Assembly (NCBI GenBank): GCA_903882285.1
Contig: CAIRWM010000055.1
Location: 9,473 to 73,472, forward strand
Direction: 5' to 3'
Source: an uncultured cyanobacterium
GTDB taxonomy: Bacteria > Cyanobacteriota > Cyanobacteriia > PCC-6307 > Cyanobiaceae
DNA: 64,000 nt
A model generated the notes under the pieces. It worked only from the letters and a program-made list of their open reading frames with translations, did no database searches and was not told where the DNA came from. Shown here piece by piece: positions 31,057 through 40,397 of this stretch; position 1 is the first letter of the stretch; each line of letters starts with the position of its first letter. The position numbers were made by a program, and so were the translations under genes.

Positions 31057-34000
31057 ATGCCCCTCACCGCCCTGGTGCGCCAGCTGCAGCAGGTGCCCCT
31101 CACCGGCGAGGTGGCCGCCCGCATGGACCGCAGCGAGCGGCTTCGGCTGAGCGGAGCCGGGCGCCCGGCCAGGGCCCTGGTGGCCAGCGCCCTGGCCGGC
31201 CAGGCCGACGCACCGCTGCTGGTGGTGGTGCCCACCCTCGAGGAAGCCGGGCGCTGGGCGGCCCTGCTGGAGCTGATGGGCTGGGGCAGCGCCCAGCTGT
31301 ATCCCACCAGTGAGGGCTCCCCCTACGAACCCTTCGATCCCACCAGCGAGATCACCTGGGGCCAGCTGCAGGTGCTGAGCGAGCTGGTGACACCTGGGCG
31401 TCCAGGGGAGCGGGGCCGCACGGTGATCGTCGCCACCGAGCGGGCCCTGCAGCCCCACCTGCCGCCCCCCGAGGCCCTCGCCGCCCGCTGCCTCAGCCTG
31501 GAGAAGGGCGACGTCATCGACCTCGATGAGCTCGCCGACACCCTGAGCCGCCTGGGCTACGAGCGGTTGCCGACGATCGAGCAGGAGGGCAGCTGGAGCC
31601 GCCGCGGCGACATCGTCGATGTGTTCCCGGTCAGCGCCGAACTGCCGGTGCGGCTGGAATTCTTCGGTGACAGCCTGGAGAAGCTGCGGGAGTTCGACCC
31701 CGCCAGCCAGCGCTCGCTCGACCCGGTGGAGCGAGCCTGCCTCACCCCCACCAGCCACGCCCCGCTGGTGGCCCAAGCCCTGCGGCAACGGATGCCGACG
31801 GCGCTAGAGCAGCTGCTGCAGCCGGAGGCGCTGGAGCACCTGCTGGAGGGGGGAACCCCGGAGGGCATGCGGCGCCTGATGGGGCTGGCCTGGGAGCGGC
31901 CCGCCTCCCTTCTCGACTACTTGCCGGAACACTGCCTGATCGCCATTGACGGGCGGCGCCACTGCCTCGCCCATGGCCAGCAGTGGTTCGACCACGCCGC
32001 GGAGCATCACCGCGAGGTGAATGCCGAGATGGGCAGCGGGGCGGGAAGCGGCCTGCTGCCGCCGCTGCTGCACCGGCCTCCAGTCGAGGCGCTGGCCGAG
32101 GCGGAGCGCTTCCGGGGCTTCGATCTGGCCGAACTGCACGAAAGCGACCAGCACCCCAACAGCTTCGACCTCTCCAGCCGAGCCGTGCCGGCCCATCCCA
32201 ACCAGTTTGGACGCCTGGCGGGCCAGGTGAAGGGCTACCGGCAGGAGAAAGCGCGCGTCTGGCTGCTGTCGGCCCAGCCCTCCCGGGCCGTCGCCCTGCT
32301 GGAGGAGCACGACTGCCTCACCCGCTTCGTCCCCAACCCGGCCGACTTCCCCGCCATCGAGCGGCTGATCGAGCAGGGCATCCCGGTGGCCCTGAAGACG
32401 AAGGGCACGGCCGAGCTGGAGGGGCTGCAGCTGCCGGCCTGGCGGCTGGTGCTGCTCACCGACCGGGAGATCTTCGGCCAGCACAGCCTCAGCGGTGGCG
32501 GCTACGTGCGACGGCGACGGCGGGCCGCCAGCCGCACGGTGGATCCCAACAAGATGCTGCCGGGTGACTTCGTGGTGCACCGCAACCACGGCATCGGCCG
32601 TTTCCTCAAGCTTGAGAAACTGGCGATCGGCGGCGAGGCCCGCGACTACCTGGTGATCCAGTACGCCGACGGCCTGCTGCGGGTGGCCGCCGACCAGCTG
32701 GGCAGCCTGGGTCGCTACCGCGCCAGCACGGATGCCCCACCCGAGCTCAACCGCATGGGCGGCACGGCCTGGGCCAAGGCCAAGGAACGGGCGCGCAAGG
32801 CGGTGGCCCGGGTGGCAATGGACCTGGTCAAGCTCTACGCCGAGCGCCACCAGGCGCCGGGGTTCGCCTTCCCCAGCGATGGCCCCTGGCAGAACGAGCT
32901 GGAGGATTCATTCCCCTACGAACCCACCCCGGACCAGCTCAAGGCGATCGCCGAGGTCAAGCGGGACATGGAGCAACCGCAGCCTATGGACCGACTGGTC
33001 TGCGGCGACGTGGGCTTCGGCAAGACGGAAGTGGCGATCCGGGCGATCTTCAAGGCCGTCACCGCCGGCAAGCAATGCGCCCTGCTGGCCCCCACCACGG
33101 TGCTGGCCCAGCAGCACTGGCGCACCCTGAGCGAGCGCTTCGCCCCCTACCCGCTCAAGGTGGCGCTGCTCAACCGCTTCCGCACGGCAGCCGAGCGCAA
33201 GAGCATCCTGGAGGGCCTGGCCCTGGGCACGATCGATGTGGTGGTGGGCACCCACCAGCTGCTTGGGAAGGGCACCGGCTTCCAGCAGCTCGGCCTGCTG
33301 GTGGTGGATGAGGAACAGCGCTTCGGCGTGCAGCAGAAGGAGAAGATCAAGGCGCTGCGCAAGGACGTGGACGTGCTCACCCTGAGCGCGACGCCGATCC
33401 CCCGCACCCTCTACATGAGCCTCTCCGGGGTGCGGGAGATGAGCCTGATCACCACGCCGCCGCCGCTGCGGCGTCCGATCAAAACCCACTTGGCCTCCCT
33501 GGACGAGGAGGCGGTGCGCAGCGCCATCCGCCAGGAGCTCGACCGCGGCGGCCAAGTGTTCTACGTGGTGCCGCGGGTGGACGGCATCGAAGACGTGGCG
33601 GCCCAGCTGCGGGCAATGCTGCCGGGCCTGAAGCTGCTGGTGGCCCACGGCCAAATGGCTGAGGGGGAGCTGGAGAGCGCCATGGTCGCCTTTAACGCCG
33701 GCGAGGCCGACGTGATGCTCTGCACCACGATCATCGAGAGCGGCCTCGACATCCCCCGGGTCAACACGATCCTGGTGGAGGACGCCCACCGCTTCGGCCT
33801 GGCCCAGCTGTACCAGCTGCGCGGTCGGGTGGGGCGCAGTGGCATCCAGGCCCATGCCTGGCTCTTCTATCCCGGCGATGCCTCGCTCTCGGCAGCGGCG
33901 CGTCAGCGGCTGCGGGCGATCCAGGAGTTCGCCCAACTGGGCTCCGGCTACCAGCTGGCCATGCGAGATATGGAGATCCGCGGCGTCGGCAACCTGCTGG

Positions 34001-34638
34001 GGGTGGAGCAGAGCGGCCAGATGGAGGCAATCGGCTTCGATCTCTACATGGAGATGCTGCAGGAATCCCTGGCGGAGATCCAGGGGCAGGACATCCCGTC
34101 GGTCGACGACACCCAGATCGACCTGCCGATCACCGCCTTCATCCCGGCCGACTGGATCAGCGAGAACGAGGAGAAGATCGCCGCCTACCGTGCCGCCGCC
34201 GGCTGCGAGGGTAAGGAGGCGCTGGTGCAGCTCACCGCCGACTGGACCGATCGCTACGGGGCCATCCCGGCGCCGGTGCAGTCGCTGCTGCAGCTGATGG
34301 AGCTCAAGCTGCTGGCGAAGCGCTGCGGCTTTTCCCGCATCAAACCCGATAAGCCCAACATCGCCCTGGAGACACCGATGGAGGAACCCGCCTTCCGCCG
34401 CCTGCGCCAGGGCCTGCCCCAGCACCTGCATGGCCGACTGGTCTACCAAGGGGGGAGCGGCAGCATCGCCAAGGTGCTGGCGCGGGGACTGGGGGTGCTG
34501 CCGATCGAGCGCCAGGTGGAGGAGCTCAAGGGCTGGCTGGAGCAGATGGCCGCCCAGGTCCCCGGCGCCGATGGGCTGAGCGACAGCCAGCGCAGCGAGC
34601 AGCTCAAGGCTCAGGACGAGGCGGTGCTGAGCGTCTGA
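31057..34638 (+). CDS. mfd: Transcription-repair coupling factor
   Basis: VVHRNHGIG, CGDVGFGKTE, VDEEQRFGV, SATPIPRT, QLRGRVGRS and DMEIRGVGNLLG motifs. Start ATG 31057. Confidence 0.97.
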   Translation: MPLTALVRQLQQVPLTGEVAARMDRSERLRLSGAGRPARALVASALAGQADAPLLVVVPTLEEAGRWAALLELMGWGSAQLYPTSEGSPYEPFDPTSEITWGQLQVLSELVTPGRPGERGRTVIVATERALQPHLPPPEALAARCLSLEKGDVIDLDELADTLSRLGYERLPTIEQEGSWSRRGDIVDVFPVSAELPVRLEFFGDSLEKLREFDPASQRSLDPVERACLTPTSHAPLVAQALRQRMPTALEQLLQPEALEHLLEGGTPEGMRRLMGLAWERPASLLDYLPEHCLIAIDGRRHCLAHGQQWFDHAAEHHREVNAEMGSGAGSGLLPPLLHRPPVEALAEAERFRGFDLAELHESDQHPNSFDLSSRAVPAHPNQFGRLAGQVKGYRQEKARVWLLSAQPSRAVALLEEHDCLTRFVPNPADFPAIERLIEQGIPVALKTKGTAELEGLQLPAWRLVLLTDREIFGQHSLSGGGYVRRRRRAASRTVDPNKMLPGDFVVHRNHGIGRFLKLEKLAIGGEARDYLVIQYADGLLRVAADQLGSLGRYRASTDAPPELNRMGGTAWAKAKERARKAVARVAMDLVKLYAERHQAPGFAFPSDGPWQNELEDSFPYEPTPDQLKAIAEVKRDMEQPQPMDRLVCGDVGFGKTEVAIRAIFKAVTAGKQCALLAPTTVLAQQHWRTLSERFAPYPLKVALLNRFRTAAERKSILEGLALGTIDVVVGTHQLLGKGTGFQQLGLLVVDEEQRFGVQQKEKIKALRKDVDVLTLSATPIPRTLYMSLSGVREMSLITTPPPLRRPIKTHLASLDEEAVRSAIRQELDRGGQVFYVVPRVDGIEDVAAQLRAMLPGLKLLVAHGQMAEGELESAMVAFNAGEADVMLCTTIIESGLDIPRVNTILVEDAHRFGLAQLYQLRGRVGRSGIQAHAWLFYPGDASLSAAARQRLRAIQEFAQLGSGYQLAMRDMEIRGVGNLLGVEQSGQMEAIGFDLYMEMLQESLAEIQGQDIPSVDDTQIDLPITAFIPADWISENEEKIAAYRAAAGCEGKEALVQLTADWTDRYGAIPAPVQSLLQLMELKLLAKRCGFSRIKPDKPNIALETPMEEPAFRRLRQGLPQHLHGRLVYQGGSGSIAKVLARGLGVLPIERQVEELKGWLEQMAAQVPGADGLSDSQRSEQLKAQDEAVLSV

Positions 34639-36922
34639 GAGAAGGGCCAGCGAGGCCCGCCACGGGCAACAGCACCTGTGCCGAAGCCCCGCCGAGGTCG
34701 GAGCGGCCGAGAAGGAGCTGTCCGTCGTGGTTGGCCACGGCCCGGCGTACCAGATAGAGCCCGAGACCGAAGCCCCGCTGCTTGCTGCTGGCTATCGGCA
34801 GCCCGGCCGCCGCCAGGGTGGAAGCGGGAAAACCCGGTCCGTCATCGGCCACCTCCAGACGCAGCCCGCTGGCCCGCTGCTCCAGCCGCAGCTCCACCTG
34901 CCCCCCCGACGGCACCGCCTCAATGCTGTTGCGCAGCAGGTTGAGCACCATCAGCTGGAGCTGATCGCGATCACCTATGCAGGCCGCCGGCTGCTCCAGT
35001 CCCCGGGTGAGCACGCTGACCTGGCATCGTTCCGCCTCGGCCTGAACGAGCATCAGGGCGCCATGGACCGGGTTGCGCAGGTCGAGGGGCCTGCGCTGCA
35101 CCTCCCCCTGCTGCATCAGCTCGCGCACCTGGTTGATGGTGGTGCTCAGTCGTTTCACATCGACGCGGATGCCGTGGGCGACCTCCTCGAGCTCCTGGCG
35201 CCGCGGCAGGGGCAGGGGGTTGGCCAGCACCCGATCGAGCAGGCTGGAGCGCATCAGCAGCGTGGTGAGGGGCTGCTTGATCTCGTGGGCCATGGCAGCG
35301 GTCATCAGGCTGGTCTGCAGGCGCTCCTCCAGCTGGAGCCTGGACTGACGCTCCTGGCCGCTCATCAGCAGCAGGAACGCCTCCAAAAGTACGCTGACCG
35401 CCAGGGCCGCCAGCAGAAGGCTGGAAGAGATCGGCGCGCCGTAACTGGCGAGAAAGGCAGCGGTGGGCCGCACCTGGAGCTGCCAGAGCCGCCCGGCATG
35501 GGGAAAGGTCTGGCTGGAGAGCAGCGGGGAGGCCGGCGCCGGGACGGCAGGAAGGGCGGCCAGCTCCTGAGCGGGGGCTCCAGGCGTCACATCGAGTAGC
35601 CGGAACTGCAGTGAGCGCCAGGTGGGGTCGACGAAGCTGTCTGCCAGGAGGTCGCCGAGGCGATAGACCCCCACGGCGAAGCCCAGCGGCGGCTCCTGGG
35701 GGCGGATGGGCCCTCGCTGGGGCACCGGGAGCAGCAGCAGCATCCCCGGCTGTTGGCCTGCGTCCTGCACGAGCTGAACCGGAGCGCTGGCCTGGGCACG
35801 ACCGGTGGCCAAGGCCCGCCGGATCGCCTCGGCACGCACCGGATCCGAGTGGATGTCGTAGCCGAGGGCCTGGCGGTTGGAAGGCAGGGGTTCGATCAGG
35901 GCCACGGGCACATAGCGCGACCGCCATCCCTCCGTCTGCAGCCTGCCGCCGGAGCGCTCCCACAGCGCCAGGGTGTCATCGCCATGCTGCTGGCGAAGCC
36001 AGGCCTCGAAGCCGGGGCGGTCGCCGGGAGAGAGCAGGGGATTCCAGGACAGGGCATGCAACCCGTGCAGATCCTGAAAATGCGCCAGGGTGAATTGCCG
36101 AAAATCCTGACGATCCACGTCCAGAGAAGTGGCGAACAGGCTGCGCACCGCTTGCAGCGCCCCTTCGTGGCGCACCAAATTGAGCTGCAGGGCCGACTGA
36201 GCCCGGAACGCCTGCTCCTCGAGGGCCAGGGCAAGCTGGCGCTGACCGTCATGGACCTGGGCCAGGAACAGGCTCATCGCCAGCAGGGTGACCAACAGGG
36301 AGGGCAGCGCCACCATCCAGCGCCGCCCCACCCAGAGATCCGCCTGAGCGGGCAGCAGCATCAACACCAGCGGCGCGAAGACCACCACCCCGATGGACTG
36401 GGCGCCCCAGCGCACCAGCAGCTCCCGCAGGGCCTCCCCCGGAAGCCCCAGCCCCATCCCGAGGGGAACCAGAGCCTGCAGGGCGACGCCAGCGCCGCAG
36501 GCGGTGGGTCCCGTCAGCAACAGAAACGCCACGATCTCCCCGGGCCGCACCAGGGCAGGTCGGCTGCCCAACCAGCGCCGCACCAACAGCGCCCCGAGCC
36601 AGGCCGCCGCTATCGCACCGACCACCGTACCGACCACCGCACCGGCGTCAACCGCTGTTGACGGGAGCTGCCACCAGGGCGCATGACAGGCCAGGGCTCC
36701 CAGCGCCACGCCCGGCAGCAGCCCAGGACCGCACTGCAGCACTAGGGCCAGGGCCAGACCTGCCGAGGGCCAGAGGGGGACGGCCTGACCAACGCCCCTT
36801 CCGATCAGCTCGATGAGCAGCCCGAACGCCCCGTACGCCAGCGCTAGGGCGAGGTTGGTCGCCAGCCAGGGCCCCGAGCCGTAGGCCGGAGGGCCCTCCT
36901 TCTGGCGTCGCCAACCGCTCAC
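34604..36922 (-). CDS. MASE1-CHASE sensor histidine kinase
   Basis: MASE1-like TM region (LWPSAG.ALA), CHASE (YVPV..IEP...N..ALGYD...DPVR), H-box AHEIKQPL, N-box NLLRNSIEA, DDGPG and GFGLGL. Confidence 0.88.
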   Translation of the reverse strand: MSGWRRQKEGPPAYGSGPWLATNLALALAYGAFGLLIELIGRGVGQAVPLWPSAGLALALVLQCGPGLLPGVALGALACHAPWWQLPSTAVDAGAVVGTVVGAIAAAWLGALLVRRWLGSRPALVRPGEIVAFLLLTGPTACGAGVALQALVPLGMGLGLPGEALRELLVRWGAQSIGVVVFAPLVLMLLPAQADLWVGRRWMVALPSLLVTLLAMSLFLAQVHDGQRQLALALEEQAFRAQSALQLNLVRHEGALQAVRSLFATSLDVDRQDFRQFTLAHFQDLHGLHALSWNPLLSPGDRPGFEAWLRQQHGDDTLALWERSGGRLQTEGWRSRYVPVALIEPLPSNRQALGYDIHSDPVRAEAIRRALATGRAQASAPVQLVQDAGQQPGMLLLLPVPQRGPIRPQEPPLGFAVGVYRLGDLLADSFVDPTWRSLQFRLLDVTPGAPAQELAALPAVPAPASPLLSSQTFPHAGRLWQLQVRPTAAFLASYGAPISSSLLLAALAVSVLLEAFLLLMSGQERQSRLQLEERLQTSLMTAAMAHEIKQPLTTLLMRSSLLDRVLANPLPLPRRQELEEVAHGIRVDVKRLSTTINQVRELMQQGEVQRRPLDLRNPVHGALMLVQAEAERCQVSVLTRGLEQPAACIGDRDQLQLMVLNLLRNSIEAVPSGGQVELRLEQRASGLRLEVADDGPGFPASTLAAAGLPIASSKQRGFGLGLYLVRRAVANHDGQLLLGRSDLGGASAQVLLPVAGLAGPSLRRSAPPRPEP

Positions 36923-37105
36923 ATGGCCCGTGATCGATAAGAAATCAGTCTAGGCGGGCGAAGTCGCCCGCACCAGCAATAGCTTTCAAAGCCAAAATCC
37001 CGCCCAACGACCACAACCAACCCCCCGTGCCGATCCTCCTCCCTGCACGGTCCTGCCGATCTGCCGCGGCGCCAGGCCCACGCCAGGGCTCCAAGGCCCG
37101 CAAAA

Positions 37106-37139
37106 GTTCGTTACAGTCATGAGAAGTTGTGTAACGAAC
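37106..37139. promoter_or_regulatory. Perfect 10-bp inverted repeat (putative operator or 5' hairpin)
   Basis: GTTCGTTACA-N14-TGTAACGAAC, ending 4 nt before ATG 37144. Confidence 0.55.
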
Positions 37140-37143
37140 CCCC

Positions 37144-37317
37144 ATGGGAGAGCTGATCGATCTGGGCTCCGGCCTGCATGGCGGCTCCGGCCTGATGTCC
37201 GCCCTGGCCAGCGTCCTGGCCCTTGGGATCTACGCGCTTGTCACCGGGGAGCGTGAAAACAACAACGACGATGACGACTCCAGCCCAGGCGGTGGCTTGA
37301 TGCAGCCGGTTGCCTGA
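37144..37317 (+). CDS. Unannotated 57-aa single-TM microprotein with an acidic tail
   Basis: Manual translation gives MGELIDLGSGLHGGSGLMSALASVLALGIYALVTGERENNNDDDDSSPGGGLMQPVA. The DDD..GGG.MxP tail resembles small picocyanobacterial proteins. Confidence 0.7.
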   Translation: MGELIDLGSGLHGGSGLMSALASVLALGIYALVTGERENNNDDDDSSPGGGLMQPVA

Positions 37318-37455
37318 TCCAAACGCCGCCGTGCTTCACCCGCTGGGAGGAGCTGTGGCGGCTAACCGAACCTCCATGGCGACGGCTTTCCACCGGTTGG
37401 GTGATGCTCCAACCCACCCCGATGTTCCAATGTGGAGAGCAACTGTCGTGGGCCC

Positions 37456-38043
37456 ATGGCTGCCCTACCGACCCGAATCCCAGCGCCACCTCCCGGAGCC
37501 CGACCGACTCCATTGTCGTCAGCTCTTAGCGGCCTGATCGCACTGCTGGTGTCAGCGTTCACAAGCGACCTGGCCCTGACAGTGGCTGCGGCAGCGGCCC
37601 CGGTTCGGCCTCCCAGCTGGCGTGACATCGACAATCTCAGGGCCCTGCTGGAAGCCAGCGGCTCCACGGTGGTGCAGCGGGACTGCAACCAGCACGGCCT
37701 GCATGGCCTGTTTCACCAGCAAAGCCAAACCATCGTGATCTGCCGGGTGCACCGCAATCCGGCCTCTGTCTGGAACACACTCACCCACGAGGCCACCCAC
37801 AAGATGCAGGCCTGCGCCGGCGGCACCATCACCCGTCCAGAGCATCACAGGGTTATGGCCCAGAGCCTGGCCCTCCATGCCCCGGAGGAATGGCGTTCCC
37901 TGCGCCTCTATCCCCGCAATGAGCAGCTCGGCGAACTCGAGGCCCGCTACACGGCCCGCCTCGATCCCGCCCAAGTGCCCCAGCTGTTCCGCCGTTACTG
38001 CGGCGGGCAGAGCCTGCCCTCCACCCTCACCCAACGGCGCTGA
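37456..38043 (+). CDS. Exported hypothetical protein with an HExxH motif
   Basis: Hydrophobic N-region, THEATHKMQAC and a later ELEARY. Confidence 0.7.
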   Translation: MAALPTRIPAPPPGARPTPLSSALSGLIALLVSAFTSDLALTVAAAAAPVRPPSWRDIDNLRALLEASGSTVVQRDCNQHGLHGLFHQQSQTIVICRVHRNPASVWNTLTHEATHKMQACAGGTITRPEHHRVMAQSLALHAPEEWRSLRLYPRNEQLGELEARYTARLDPAQVPQLFRRYCGGQSLPSTLTQRR

Positions 38044-38047
38044 CGCC

Positions 38048-38716
38048 ATGAACGATCTGCTCCTGTCCCTGGCCATGGCCGCCCTCGGCCAGCTCGGCGG
38101 ACCCGGCCTTGGGAACCAAGGGTTTGGCGGTCCCGGTTTTGGCGCGCAGGGACTCGGTGGCCTGATCCCCGGACTGGCCCGTCCGGGCCGCATCGGCCTG
38201 ATGCCAGGTCCCTATGGCATCAACGGCGGCTTTCCGGGCCGGGGCTACCCGGGAAGTGGCTATCCCGGCAGTGGCTATCCCGGCAACGGCTATCCAGGAC
38301 GGGCCATCCCGCCGGCGGGCCTGGTGCCCCGACCCGGCGGGGTGAATGGCAGCGCTCCCTCCCCCTCCCTGCAACTGGCGACAGCCAGCGCCGCCCGCTG
38401 CCTGGAGAGCAGCGGCGGGCTGCCCACTGCGGATCAGCAAGACCTGCTGCGGCACCAGGGCCGTCTCTGGGGCTGGACGGATGGCTGGCAGAACAGCATC
38501 AGCAAGGCGCAGAGCGATCGTCTGATCGCCCGTCACGGAGGCTGCACCCCCTTCCTAAACGCCCTGCGCGATGGCAGCCTGCGCCAGGGACGGGGGCCCC
38601 TTCCCACCACCATTGGTCAACGGCCGCTGGGGGGATCTCTGCCCGCGCCGCAGCGGCCGTCAGGCAGGGCCCCCAGCAGCGAGGCTGAGGCTTTCGGGCT
38701 TGCTCCCTATCGCTGA
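38048..38716 (+). CDS. Gly-rich exported hypothetical protein with GYPG(S/N) repeats
   Basis: ATG 4 nt after the upstream stop. RGYPGSGYPGSGYPGNGYPG repeat and a Cys pair in the C-domain. Confidence 0.65.
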   Translation: MNDLLLSLAMAALGQLGGPGLGNQGFGGPGFGAQGLGGLIPGLARPGRIGLMPGPYGINGGFPGRGYPGSGYPGSGYPGNGYPGRAIPPAGLVPRPGGVNGSAPSPSLQLATASAARCLESSGGLPTADQQDLLRHQGRLWGWTDGWQNSISKAQSDRLIARHGGCTPFLNALRDGSLRQGRGPLPTTIGQRPLGGSLPAPQRPSGRAPSSEAEAFGLAPYR

Positions 38717-38741
38717 GGGCGGCCCGGGGCAGCGACAGGGC

Positions 38742-38975
38742 TCACGACGGTCCCTGCTGCTGCTCCGCCCGCCAGGCGGCCGGCACCAGCACCAGGAAGA
38801 GTGCCCACCAAAACAGCACCCCCAGGGCCAGAGGGGCGGTGATCCAGAGGCGCTGCCACAACAACCAGCTGGCCGTCGGAAACGCGATCCCGGTCAGCAG
38901 GATCGACCAGGGCTGACACCACCAGGGCTTCAGCGACCAGATGGAAGCCGGCTCAGGGGCTGGTGGGGGGAGCAA
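38742..38975 (-). CDS. DUF6737-like small membrane protein
   Basis: WSLKPWWCQPWSILLTG motif and two TM segments. Confidence 0.75.
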   Translation of the reverse strand: MLPPPAPEPASIWSLKPWWCQPWSILLTGIAFPTASWLLWQRLWITAPLALGVLFWWALFLVLVPAAWRAEQQQGPS

Positions 38976-40293
38976 GGGCGGCGGGGAGATTGGGACTGCC
39001 GGGCTTGTAGGCTTTTTGCTGGGACGTGGGCTGCTGCAGCTTCTTCACCAAGGCGTTCTCTGCGACGCGGTACTGGCTGTCCTTGCGAGTGCCCAGATCC
39101 TCCAGCGTGAGCTTGGAGGCCTCCGCATCGGTGAGCTTTGCCGGCACATCGGGGTTGATGCCCCGGTGGTGGATGTCGTGGTTGGCGGGAGTGAGGTACT
39201 TGGCGATGGTGACGGTCATGCCGGAGCCATCGGAGAGGCCCCGCACCGACTGGACCAGGCCCTTGCCGAAGGTCTTCTGGCCGACCAGCACGGCGCGGTT
39301 GTTCTCCTGCAGGGCGCCAGAGAGAATCTCGCTGGCGCTGGCGGATCCCTCGTTGACCAGCACCACCAGGGGCTTGGTGGTGAGGGCGCGGCCCGTGGCC
39401 CGCTTCACGTCCTGGATGCCGTCGCGGGTCTTGGTGGAGACGATGATCCCCTCGTTGAGCCACTGGCGGGCGATCTCCACACTGGAGATCAGCAGACCGC
39501 CGGGGTTGCTGCGCAGGTCGAGAACGTAGCCCTGCACCCCCTGCTCCTCGAGCTCCCGCAGGGAGGCCCGCATCTCCTTGCTGGCGTTGGCGTTGAACTG
39601 CTTGAGGCGGATGTAGCCCACCTTCACCCCATCGGGGGTGGTGTTCACCTGGTGGTTGACGGCGTGGAGCTCGATCAACTCCCGCATCAGCGGCACGTCG
39701 AGGTTCTGTCCCTTGCGGCGCAGCACAAGCTTGACCGTGGTGCCGGCCTTGCCGCGGATCAGCTTGACGGCATCTTCGGTGCTCATGCCCTTGGTGGGCT
39801 TGCCGTCGATCGAGACGATCACGTCCTTGGGCTGCACGCCGGCGCGGGAGGCCGGCGATCCATCGATCGGCGACACCACCACCAGGTCCTTGGTGTCCTT
39901 GTCGAGACTGAGCTGGATGCCCACCCCAGAGAGTTCCCCGGAGGTGTCGATCTGCATCTCCTTGAACTCCCGCGGATCCAGGAAGCGGGTGTAGGGATCG
40001 TCGAGGGTGCCGAGCATGCCCCGGATCGCCTCGTAGGCCTCCTTGGGACTGCCGTAGCTCTTGGCCAGCAGTTCGCGACGCAGCTTGCGCCACTGCTCGG
40101 GGGTGTACTTGCCGGTGGTGTCGAGGTAGTCGCGGAAGACGATCTGCCAGGCCTGGTCCATCACCTCCTTGGGGCTGTCAGTGATCGACACGCCTCCTGC
40201 GGGTGAGATCGCCATCTCCCGGGCCATCACGGCAGTGGCCGCGAGGGCCCCAATACCCACCAGCACCACGACGCTGGTGCGACCGCTGCCCAT
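38953..40293 (-). CDS. ctpA: Carboxyl-terminal processing protease (S41)
   Basis: LDDPYTRF, PDZ (GVGIQL), DLRSNPGG, NEGSASASEI and TFGKGLVQ motifs. Confidence 0.93.
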   Translation of the reverse strand: MGSGRTSVVVLVGIGALAATAVMAREMAISPAGGVSITDSPKEVMDQAWQIVFRDYLDTTGKYTPEQWRKLRRELLAKSYGSPKEAYEAIRGMLGTLDDPYTRFLDPREFKEMQIDTSGELSGVGIQLSLDKDTKDLVVVSPIDGSPASRAGVQPKDVIVSIDGKPTKGMSTEDAVKLIRGKAGTTVKLVLRRKGQNLDVPLMRELIELHAVNHQVNTTPDGVKVGYIRLKQFNANASKEMRASLRELEEQGVQGYVLDLRSNPGGLLISSVEIARQWLNEGIIVSTKTRDGIQDVKRATGRALTTKPLVVLVNEGSASASEILSGALQENNRAVLVGQKTFGKGLVQSVRGLSDGSGMTVTIAKYLTPANHDIHHRGINPDVPAKLTDAEASKLTLEDLGTRKDSQYRVAENALVKKLQQPTSQQKAYKPGSPNLPAALAPPTSP

Positions 40294-40397
40294 GCAGGTT
40301 GTCCTCGAACAAGATGAAGTCAGGTCAAGCTAGCGCCAATGGGCGAGGGCTTCATCCGTGCGGAGAACCGGCTCGTGCAACAGGATTAGGTGTCGGC

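Noticed and set aside
38250-38300. Short tandem DNA repeats (GGCTATCCCGGCAGT-like) as CRISPR or VNTR
   Set aside because: They are degenerate codon-level repeats encoding GYPG units, with no spacers.
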